In this document: positions 19,128-26,839 of the stretch, piece after piece
Layout of the letters: every line of letters starts with the position of its first letter
Numbering within the stretch: the first letter of the stretch is position 1
Assembly: GCA_913050175.1 (NCBI GenBank)
Contig: CAJXAF010000003.1
Span: 1 to 49,404, forward strand
Reading direction: 5' to 3'
Length of the DNA stretch: 49,404 bases
Source: an uncultured bacterium
GTDB taxonomy: Bacteria; Omnitrophota; Gorgyraeia; Duberdicusellales; 4484-171
Notes under the pieces: generated by a model
What the model was told of the DNA's origin: nothing
Databases searched by the model: none
The model's input: the letters and a program-made list of their open reading frames with translations, nothing else
Translations under genes and position numbers: made by a program

Positions 19128-20924
19128 ATGAAGCAGACAGACCAAATCAGAAATTTTTGTATTATTGCTCATATTGATCACGGTAAATCTACATTGGCTG
19201 ATAGATTTTTAGAGATGGCAGGTTCTTTTGGTCGAGATAAAAATAAAGAACAAATTTTGGACAGCATGGAGTTAGAACAGGAGAGAGGGATTACCATTAA
19301 AGCAAAAGCAGTTAGGTTAGATATTAACTATGAGGACAAGGATTATACTTTAAATTTAATTGATACACCCGGTCACGTTGATTTTGCCTATGAGGTTGCT
19401 AAATCTCTAAAAGCTTGCGAGGGGGCAATTCTTTTAGTCGATGCTTCACAAGGTGTTGAGGCCCAAACAGTTGCCAATTTTAACCTAGCTCTGGAAGCTG
19501 ATTTAAGAATAATTCCGGTTCTTAATAAGATTGATTTACCAGGAGCAGATGTAGAGAGGAGTTGCAACCAACTTTATGATGTTTTTGGTTTTAAAAAAGA
19601 AGAGATTTCTTTTATCTCAGCTAAAGAAGGTCAAGGTCTTAAGGAGTTATTAGCGAGAATAATAAAAGAAGTTCCTCATCCCGATGGAGATCTTAATAAA
19701 CCACCTAAGGCCATGCTTTTTGATTCTACTTACGATCCCTATAAAGGTGTTATTCTTTTTTTAAGAGTTTTTGATGGAAAAATTTCTTTGGGTGATAATA
19801 TCCTTCTTATGCATCAGAAGATAAATTATAGGGTCGAAGAGATAGGTGTTTTTAGACCGCAAGCCGAAAAAGGTCAGTCTTTAGAGTGTGGCGAGGTAGG
19901 CTATATATGTTGTAATATCAAACGTCCGGAAGAAGTAGATGTTGGTGATACAATTACTAGTCCAAAACAGCCGGCTGAAAATCCCTTTGAAGGCTATACC
20001 AAGATGTCTCCCATGGTTTTCTGCGGTATTTTTCCTTCGGCACCAAAAGATTATCCGGCTCTTAGAAAAGCGATTGAAAAGCTTAAATTGTCAGATCCAT
20101 CTTTTAGCTATGAACCGGATTCCTTGGGAAACCTTGGTCATGGTTTTCGTTGTGGGTTTTTAGGCTTGCTGCATATGGAGATTGTTCAGGCCAGGCTGGA
20201 GCGCGAATTTGACTTAGATCTTGTTCCAACCTCACCGAATGTAAAGTATCAAATAAAAAGAAAGGACTCAGAACTTTTAGAAGACATTGATAGCCCGCAT
20301 CATTTTCCTGACCCCTCAGTAATAGAAGAAATATATGAGCCTTTTGTTAAAGCCGTAATAGTTTCGCCGATTGAGGGCATGGACGTTCTCTGCGAGATGG
20401 CTAAGTCACGGCGCGGTGACTTTATAAAGATGGATTATTTGGGAAAGGATAGGTTAAGTATTGCCTTCAGTCTGCCTTTAGCTGAAATAATAGTTGATTT
20501 TTATGATAGAATAAAGTCTTTAACTAAAGGCTATGCTTCTTTTGATTATGAGCTTACCGGATATAAAAAGACAGAGATCGTAAAAATTGATTTTCTCTTT
20601 AATAAGAAAAAAACCGAGGCATTTTCTCTTTTGGTGCATAAAGAAAAAGCAGAACACCGGGCCAGGGCAGTAGTTGAGAAATTCAAAGAATTAATTCCCC
20701 GGCAGATGTATGAAGTAGCAATTCAAGCTGCTATCGGGGGAAAGATTATTGCTTCTGCAAAAGTTTCGGCACAGAAGAAGAATGTTACCGCAAAATGTTA
20801 CGGAGGAGATATTACCAGAAAGAGAAAACTATGGGAAAAACAGAAGAAAGGAAAGAAAAAAATGAAACAACTGGGAAATATTTCAGTTCCTCAGAATGCT
20901 TTTATTGAGGTCTTAAAGGTATAA
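19128..20924 (+). CDS. lepA: Elongation factor 4 (LepA)
   Basis: IRNFCIIAHIDHGKSTLADR, ERGITIK, DTPGHVDF, NKID, KCYGGDITRKRKL. Start moved from 19089 to ATG 19128. Confidence 0.98.
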   Translation: MKQTDQIRNFCIIAHIDHGKSTLADRFLEMAGSFGRDKNKEQILDSMELEQERGITIKAKAVRLDINYEDKDYTLNLIDTPGHVDFAYEVAKSLKACEGAILLVDASQGVEAQTVANFNLALEADLRIIPVLNKIDLPGADVERSCNQLYDVFGFKKEEISFISAKEGQGLKELLARIIKEVPHPDGDLNKPPKAMLFDSTYDPYKGVILFLRVFDGKISLGDNILLMHQKINYRVEEIGVFRPQAEKGQSLECGEVGYICCNIKRPEEVDVGDTITSPKQPAENPFEGYTKMSPMVFCGIFPSAPKDYPALRKAIEKLKLSDPSFSYEPDSLGNLGHGFRCGFLGLLHMEIVQARLEREFDLDLVPTSPNVKYQIKRKDSELLEDIDSPHHFPDPSVIEEIYEPFVKAVIVSPIEGMDVLCEMAKSRRGDFIKMDYLGKDRLSIAFSLPLAEIIVDFYDRIKSLTKGYASFDYELTGYKKTEIVKIDFLFNKKKTEAFSLLVHKEKAEHRARAVVEKFKELIPRQMYEVAIQAAIGGKIIASAKVSAQKKNVTAKCYGGDITRKRKLWEKQKKGKKKMKQLGNISVPQNAFIEVLKV

Positions 20925-20928
20925 AATT

Positions 20929-21534
20929 ATGGAAAAAAATAAACCTAAAACAAAGAAGAGTAATGTCAGAGAGTGGGTTGAGTCTTTTATAATAGCAGCA
21001 ATTATAGCTACAATCGTAAGAACTCTTATTTTCCAAAATTATAGGATTCCTACTTCATCGATGGTTCCAATATTAAAGCCAGGCGACAGAATTTTTGCAA
21101 CCAGGTTAACCTATGGTCCAAAAATACCAATTATCAATAAACGCATTCCCGGTTTTGGCAAACCGCAGAGAGGAGACGTGGTTGTTTTTGTGCCGCCGCA
21201 TGAAGTTAAAGTGCACTGGTTTAAGCGCAAGCAGTTTATTAAGCGTCTTGTGGGTCTACCAGGTGATAAGGTGTTGATTAAAAATGGCGACATATATATA
21301 AATGGAGAGCTCATAACTGACCCCAGAATAAAGAATGTTACTTATTACAACCTGGGAGAGTTTGCTAGAGCCGGCAGAGAGGCAATAGTGCCGGAAAATA
21401 AGTATTTTTTCTTGGGTGACAATAGTAGAAATTCAGTTGACAGCAGGTATTGGGGATTTGCTGATAAAGAGTGGATTGTTGCCAAAGCTTTATTTATCTG
21501 GTTACCTTTTTCGCGAATACAAAAAATAAATTAG
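20929..21534 (+). CDS. lepB: Signal peptidase I (copy 1)
   Basis: TM segment, IPTSSM (Ser), FIKR (Lys), GDNSRNSVDSRYWG. Confidence 0.95.
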   Translation: MEKNKPKTKKSNVREWVESFIIAAIIATIVRTLIFQNYRIPTSSMVPILKPGDRIFATRLTYGPKIPIINKRIPGFGKPQRGDVVVFVPPHEVKVHWFKRKQFIKRLVGLPGDKVLIKNGDIYINGELITDPRIKNVTYYNLGEFARAGREAIVPENKYFFLGDNSRNSVDSRYWGFADKEWIVAKALFIWLPFSRIQKIN

Positions 21535-21548
21535 AAGACATTAAAATT

Positions 21549-22112
21549 ATGCAGGCAAAAGTTAAACGCTATCTCATTAAAACGCTTATCTTTTTTTTCA
21601 TCTTCATATGTTTTTTTAATTTTTGTTTTCAATTGTATAGAATCCCTACAACCTCAATGGTTCCTACACTTATGCCGGGAGACTACATCTTTGTTAATAA
21701 GCTCTCCTATGGTTTAAAAGTACCCTTTAGTAATCTCAGAATTTTTAAATTTAATTCTCCTAAACGAGGAGATGTGGTCGTATTCTTTCCACCTCATGAA
21801 AAGGGCAAGGCCTATGTTAAAAGGTTAATAGCTAAGGAGAAAGAAGAGGTTATCTTAAAATCAGGCAATATCTATGTTGACGATAAGCCATTGGTTGAGC
21901 CGGTCATTGCTAAAAACTATTACTATAATCAGGGAAAGTATGCGGTAAAGGAAGAAAAGGTAACAGTTCCTAAAAGGGCTTACTTTTTTCTTGGTGATAA
22001 TAGTATTTCTTCGGCTGACAGCCGTTTTTGGGGGTTTGTTCCTGAGGAAAACATACTGGGGGAAGCTATCTTTATTTGGTGGCCTACTGCAAGAATTAAC
22101 ATGGTAGAGTAA
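21549..22112 (+). CDS. lepB: Signal peptidase I (copy 2)
   Basis: IPTTSM, YVKR, GDNSISSADSRFWG. Start moved from 21471 to 21549 to avoid a 64-nt overlap. Confidence 0.92.
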   Translation: MQAKVKRYLIKTLIFFFIFICFFNFCFQLYRIPTTSMVPTLMPGDYIFVNKLSYGLKVPFSNLRIFKFNSPKRGDVVVFFPPHEKGKAYVKRLIAKEKEEVILKSGNIYVDDKPLVEPVIAKNYYYNQGKYAVKEEKVTVPKRAYFFLGDNSISSADSRFWGFVPEENILGEAIFIWWPTARINMVE

Positions 22113-22124
22113 AGTCTTTACTTC

Positions 22125-22153
22125 TTTATTACTTTACTTTACTCTGGTATAAT
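22125..22153 (+). promoter_or_regulatory. Promoter for lipoprotein-pgsA-plsY
   Basis: TG-G-TATAAT (22145-22153); TTTATT 17 nt upstream; SD AGGAGAGG before ATG 22176. Confidence 0.65.
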
Positions 22154-22175
22154 TTAATTAAAAAGGAGAGGAACT

Positions 22176-22475
22176 ATGCGCTATTCTATCTATTCGATAA
22201 TTGCTTGTTTATTTTTTTTAAGCGGTTGCACCGCCACCCAAAAAGGAGCCGGAGTTGGAGCCGTTCTTGGCGGAGGGGTTGGCTATGCAATTGGTAAACA
22301 ATCAGGACATGGTGCAGAAGGCGCTGGTATTGGGGCAGCAGCTGGAGCTATCGGCGGAGCTCTTATCGGTAATAACATGGAGGAAAAGGTTTTCTGTTCT
22401 GAGTGCGGCAGAAAATTTAAATCATCAGTTGAATATTGTCCTTATGACGGGACTGCTTTAAAAGCAGCTGAATAA
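22176..22475 (+). CDS. Glycine-zipper lipoprotein with C-terminal zinc-ribbon-like motif
   Basis: Lipobox LSGC, GAxxG repeats, CSEC-x10-CPYD. Confidence 0.85.
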   Translation: MRYSIYSIIACLFFLSGCTATQKGAGVGAVLGGGVGYAIGKQSGHGAEGAGIGAAAGAIGGALIGNNMEEKVFCSECGRKFKSSVEYCPYDGTALKAAE

Positions 22476-22502
22476 TATAAATTATTTTAAAAGGATTTAA
22501 TT

Positions 22503-23057
22503 ATGACTTTAGCAGATAAAGTATCAAGTATCCGCATTATACTCATCCCTGTTTTTGTTTCGCTTTTAATTTACTCCGGGACCAGGCCTAATTTAAGATA
22601 TTTTGCAATTGGGGTGTTTATCTTAGCTATCTTAACTGATTTCTTTGATGGACTTGTAGCCAGGATAAAAAAAGAAAAGTCAGAGCTAGGTCAGATAATT
22701 GATCCTCTGGCTGATAAGTTGCTTCTTTTAACTGCTTTTATCTCACTCTATCTACTGCCTTCTTTTAAAATTTATCTCTGGACTGTTTTGGTTGTAGTAA
22801 GCCGAGATGTTATTATGGCTTTTGGACTTCTTATCCTTCACTTTCTAAAAATAGAAATTTCAATTGCTCCTACATTCTGGGGGAAACTGACTACTTTTTT
22901 CCAAATGTTTACTATTCTTTGGATCCTTTTAGGGTTTGAGTATTACTTCTTTATTTGTCTTTTGGCAGTAATATTTACTCTTATTTCAGGATTTGATTAT
23001 TTTTCTCGGGGAGCTAAGGAGATAAATGCTAAGATCAATAATCCTATTAACAGCTAG
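22503..23057 (+). CDS. pgsA: CDP-alcohol phosphatidyltransferase (PgsA-like)
   Basis: TDFFDGLVAR..G..IDPLADK motif, SRD, WGKLTTFFQ. Confidence 0.88.
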   Translation: MTLADKVSSIRIILIPVFVSLLIYSGTRPNLRYFAIGVFILAILTDFFDGLVARIKKEKSELGQIIDPLADKLLLLTAFISLYLLPSFKIYLWTVLVVVSRDVIMAFGLLILHFLKIEISIAPTFWGKLTTFFQMFTILWILLGFEYYFFICLLAVIFTLISGFDYFSRGAKEINAKINNPINS

Positions 23058-23631
23058 TTATTTAATTGGAAGTATTCCTTTCGGATTTTTAGTCGGACGC
23101 CTGGTTAAGAAGATAGACATCAGAGAGCATGGTTCAGGCAATATCGGAGCCACTAATATTGTTAGAGTTTTAGGGAAAAAATGGGGCATACTAGTCTTTT
23201 CTTTAGATATATTTAAAGGTTTTCTCGGACCTCTCCTAACAGCAATTTTTATAAAAGCCAGTGGACTGCTTATTATTTTATCGGCTATTTTGGCGGTCAG
23301 CGGACATATCTGGCCTGTATTCTTAAAGTTTAAGGGCGGTAAAGGAGTGGCTACAAGCCTGGGGGCAATTCTTGCTTTAGGATTCATCTTTCCCCAACTA
23401 TGGCTGGCCTTAGGCTTAGCTCTGCTTACCTGGATAGCTTTATTTTACGCTTTTAAGTATGTTTCTCTGGCTTCTTTGAGTGCCAGCCTAGTTTTTTTTG
23501 TAAGCACTCTAGTTATGGATTTTCCCTGGGAAATACGATTACTTTCTTTATTGCTCTTGATTTTTATACTCTTTCGACATAAAAGCAATATTCATAAACT
23601 TTTGCAAAAAAAAGAAAACCGTTTTAAATAA
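23026..23631 (+). CDS. plsY: Glycerol-3-phosphate acyltransferase PlsY
   Basis: YLIGSIPFG, GSGNIGATN, GHIWP..F.GGKGVAT, YVSLAS, RHKSNI. Confidence 0.96.
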   Translation: MLRSIILLTASYLIGSIPFGFLVGRLVKKIDIREHGSGNIGATNIVRVLGKKWGILVFSLDIFKGFLGPLLTAIFIKASGLLIILSAILAVSGHIWPVFLKFKGGKGVATSLGAILALGFIFPQLWLALGLALLTWIALFYAFKYVSLASLSASLVFFVSTLVMDFPWEIRLLSLLLLIFILFRHKSNIHKLLQKKENRFK

Positions 23632-23671
23632 AGTGATATTTTAACTTCTGGAAAGGTCAGGATTATTAAAA

Positions 23672-23700
23672 TTGACACTTATTTATCTTAAGAGTATAAT
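23672..23700 (+). promoter_or_regulatory. Perfect-consensus sigma70 promoter of recA
   Basis: TTGACA (23672-23677), 17 nt, TATAAT (23695-23700). Confidence 0.9.
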
Positions 23701-23859
23701 TTCAAATGACCCGCCAAAAGTAAAGTTTTTAGTCTAGATAATATTCAAGGGTCAGTATATTTTCCCCATGAATATGACCTAAATCAATAGCTTCTTGTCT
23801 ATTCTTTACGTCATTTTACTGGGATGTTTGAATATAAAAAAATTACTAAAGGAGGAACT

Positions 23860-24876
23860 ATGGTTAAAGAAAATCGGGTAGCAGAAAATAAGAAAAAAGC
23901 TTTAGATCTTGCTCTTTCCCAAATTGAGAAACAATTCGGCAAAGGTGCAGTAATGAGAATGGATGACAGTGTAAAAATGGATGTTGAGGTAATACCTAGC
24001 GGAATATTTTCTTTAGATAAAGCTCTGGGAGTAGGCGGTTTGCCTCGGGGTAGAGTCACTGAAGTCTATGGACCGGAATCATCAGGCAAAACAACTCTAA
24101 ATTTATGTATTATTGCTCAAGGTCAAAAAAATGGCGGCGTAGCTGCTTTTATTGATGCTGAGCATGCTTTTGACCCAGCCTATGCAAAATTAATTGGTAT
24201 TAAGCTTGAAGATTTATTGATTTCTCAACCTGATACCGGTGAGCAGGCTTTAGAGATAGTTGAAGCCTTAGTAAGGTCAAACGCTGTTGATTTAATAGTA
24301 GTAGATTCAGTCGCTGCTCTTGTTCCCCGGGCAGAAATAGAGGGCAATATGGGAGATACAAAAGTTGCTCTCCAAGCCCGCTTAATGAGTCAAGCCCTAA
24401 GAAAGCTTACTGCAGCAATTAGTAAATCTAAAACTTGCGTTGTGTTTATTAACCAAATCAGGGAAAAAATTGGTGTAATGTTCGGGTCCCCTGAAGTTAC
24501 TCCTGGAGGAAGAGCCTTAAAATTTTATTCTTCAGTAAGAATCGACTTAAGAAGAATTGCAACTATTACCAATGATCAGGGAGCAATTGGTATCAGGGTA
24601 AGAGGGAAAATAGTTAAAAACAAAGTAGCTCCTCCTTTTAAAGAAGCTATTTTTGAAATAATGTATGACGAGGGAGTTTCTAAGACCGGGGCTTTAATCG
24701 ATGCAGCTCTTGAAACCGGCTTGATTAAGAAAGCCGGAAGTTGGTTTTCTTATAATGAGAAAAATTTAGCTCAAGGTAAAGAGCAGTTAAGAAAGATCTT
24801 AAGAGAAGATGAAGCCTTATACAAAGAGGTAGAAGATAAGCTCTTAACTCCGGTTGAAACTGCCGGCCAAAAATAA
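23860..24876 (+). CDS. recA: Recombinase RecA
   Basis: [57 protein letters not shown] supports ATG 23860 over 23824. Confidence 0.99.
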   Translation: MVKENRVAENKKKALDLALSQIEKQFGKGAVMRMDDSVKMDVEVIPSGIFSLDKALGVGGLPRGRVTEVYGPESSGKTTLNLCIIAQGQKNGGVAAFIDAEHAFDPAYAKLIGIKLEDLLISQPDTGEQALEIVEALVRSNAVDLIVVDSVAALVPRAEIEGNMGDTKVALQARLMSQALRKLTAAISKSKTCVVFINQIREKIGVMFGSPEVTPGGRALKFYSSVRIDLRRIATITNDQGAIGIRVRGKIVKNKVAPPFKEAIFEIMYDEGVSKTGALIDAALETGLIKKAGSWFSYNEKNLAQGKEQLRKILREDEALYKEVEDKLLTPVETAGQK

Positions 24877-24913
24877 TTTATTAGAGATCATATTTTTCAA
24901 AAAGGAGAAATAG

Positions 24914-26323
24914 GTGAGGAAAGTAATACTTGTTATAATGCTCTGCTTTTTAGGGCAATCTTCTGTTTACACCCAGAGTCTTAGAGATTTAGAAGATGCA
25001 ACTGTAGGGGTGGCATCAAAAGTAGGCGAGGCCGTTGTTTCTATAAGCAGTGTGGTAACAGAGAAAGTAACTGACCGCTTTAATTTTGGTTCACCATTTT
25101 CAGACCTTGATGATGATCCTTTCCGCAATTTTTTTGAAGAATTTTTTGGTGAAGGTATAGAAAGAGAATATAAAAGAATGGGCTTAGGAAGCGGCGTCAT
25201 AATCGATAGAGAAGGTTATATTCTTACCAATGAACACGTTGTTTCCGGAGCTAGCCAGATAAAAGTTAAACTCTCAGATGGTAGGGAGTTTGACGCTCAA
25301 ATAAAAGGAAGTGATCCCAGAACTGATTTAGCAGTTATAAAGATAGAAGCTAAAAACTTAACTTCAGCAAAGTTGGGCGATTCCAAAGACTTAAAGATTG
25401 GCCAGTGGGTTGTGGCTATAGGTAATCCTTTTGGTTTTGCTATTGAAAACCCTGAACCTACAGTTACTGTTGGGGTGGTGAGCGCTTTACATCGCTACTT
25501 ACCAGGAATAGGTAAACGCGATCGGGGTTATGATGATTTAATCCAAACTGATGCGGCGATAAATCCGGGAAATAGCGGCGGCCCTTTGGTAAACCTTAAG
25601 GGTGAGATCGTCGGCATCAATACAGCCATTATTACAACTTCTGGTGGATATCAGGGTTTAGGATTTGCTACCCCAATTTCTAAAGCTAAGCGAATTTTAC
25701 GTCGTCTGATAAAGGGCGAAAAAGTTCTTTATGGCTGGTTGGGTGTAAATATCCAGGATTTAAACGATGATCTGCGTAGCTACTTTGGAATAAAAGAAAG
25801 AGAGGGCGTAATAGTTCTTAAAGTTTATAAAGATTCTCCAGCTCAGGAGGGTGGGCTTAATGAAGGAGATTTGATTTTAGCGTTTAACAAACAATCCGTA
25901 AGGGCAACCAGGGAGTTGGTAAAAATGGTCTCTAGTGCTGAGGTTGGTGAGACAATAGCACTTAAAGTTGTCCGTTCCGGTAAGGAAGTATCGTTAAAGG
26001 TAAAAATAGGAGCAACACCGGGTGATCCAATCGAACCTGATACTTTAAAAGCAGATGGCCAAACGACATTTCGGGGCATGATTGTTGAAAATATCACCTC
26101 TTTGCATAAGAGTACTTTTAAGTTAAGGACTGATAAGGGAGTGGTTATTACTGATATTCGGCCTTCTTCATCCGCTGATAAGAGTGGGTTGGTAGTTGGC
26201 GATGTTATTGTAAAGATAGAAAATAAAAAGATTTCTAATAAAAATGATTTTCGAACTGCAATTTCTAAAGTAAAGGGGAGTTGTTTAATAAAAACCAGTC
26301 AAGGTTACTTTGTTCTTAAATGA
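24914..26323 (+). CDS. degP: DegP/HtrA serine protease with two PDZ domains
   Basis: Signal peptide, LTNEHV (His), TDLAV (Asp), INPGNSGG (Ser), two PDZ-like regions; GTG start with SD AGGAG. Confidence 0.93.
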   Translation: MRKVILVIMLCFLGQSSVYTQSLRDLEDATVGVASKVGEAVVSISSVVTEKVTDRFNFGSPFSDLDDDPFRNFFEEFFGEGIEREYKRMGLGSGVIIDREGYILTNEHVVSGASQIKVKLSDGREFDAQIKGSDPRTDLAVIKIEAKNLTSAKLGDSKDLKIGQWVVAIGNPFGFAIENPEPTVTVGVVSALHRYLPGIGKRDRGYDDLIQTDAAINPGNSGGPLVNLKGEIVGINTAIITTSGGYQGLGFATPISKAKRILRRLIKGEKVLYGWLGVNIQDLNDDLRSYFGIKEREGVIVLKVYKDSPAQEGGLNEGDLILAFNKQSVRATRELVKMVSSAEVGETIALKVVRSGKEVSLKVKIGATPGDPIEPDTLKADGQTTFRGMIVENITSLHKSTFKLRTDKGVVITDIRPSSSADKSGLVVGDVIVKIENKKISNKNDFRTAISKVKGSCLIKTSQGYFVLK

Positions 26324-26356
26324 GCAAATTAGATAAATATTTAAACTGACTATTCT

Positions 26357-26839
26357 TTGAATAAGAATTTTGATAAAGCACTTAATTACTCATTTCTTCT
26401 CCTTAAGTACAGAGCTAGGAGTAGAGTTGAGATGGTTTCCCGTTTAAAAATCAAAGGCTACTCTAAAAGCATAATCAGCCAAGTTATAAAACAGCTCAAA
26501 GAGTATAATTACCTAAATGATCGGGATTTTAGCCTTGCTTATGCCGATTCCTGTCTTTGTAAAAATTGGGGCCCCCGACGAATTGATTTTAAACTAAAAG
26601 AATTAGGTATAAAAAGTGATCTGCGCAAGCAAGTTTTAAGCAAAATAAATTACCAGGAAAAAATTAAAGAGGTTGTAAAAAACAAGATAGAGTCATTAGG
26701 TAAGTTTAATCTTTCAAAGGAGCTAATTTTAAAAAAAACAGTTCAATACTTAACCGTTAAAGGTTTTTACTCCCAGCAAATCCTCAAAGAGTGCCAGGAA
26801 TTTATTGCAAATAACGAAATTTTTTATGAAGACGAGTGA
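26357..26839 (+). CDS. recX: Regulatory protein RecX
   Basis: KYRARSRVE, YNYLNDRDF, WGPRRI..KLKELGI, YLTVKGF; TTG start. Confidence 0.85.
   Translation: MNKNFDKALNYSFLLLKYRARSRVEMVSRLKIKGYSKSIISQVIKQLKEYNYLNDRDFSLAYADSCLCKNWGPRRIDFKLKELGIKSDLRKQVLSKINYQEKIKEVVKNKIESLGKFNLSKELILKKTVQYLTVKGFYSQQILKECQEFIANNEIFYEDE

Noticed and set aside
22118-22143. TTTAC short tandem repeats
   Set aside because: Low-complexity AT-rich promoter upstream sequence; too short for an array.
23632-23859. Known riboswitch (c-di-GMP, SAM, fluoride), SRP RNA or classical SOS box upstream of recA
   Set aside because: None of the conserved core motifs is recognisable by eye; the region is kept only as an unclassified finding.
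19089-26825. Longer ORF-track starts for lepA (19089), second lepB (21471), recA (23824) and alaS (26805)
   Set aside because: Downstream ATGs match family N-termini, SD position or overlap logic better.
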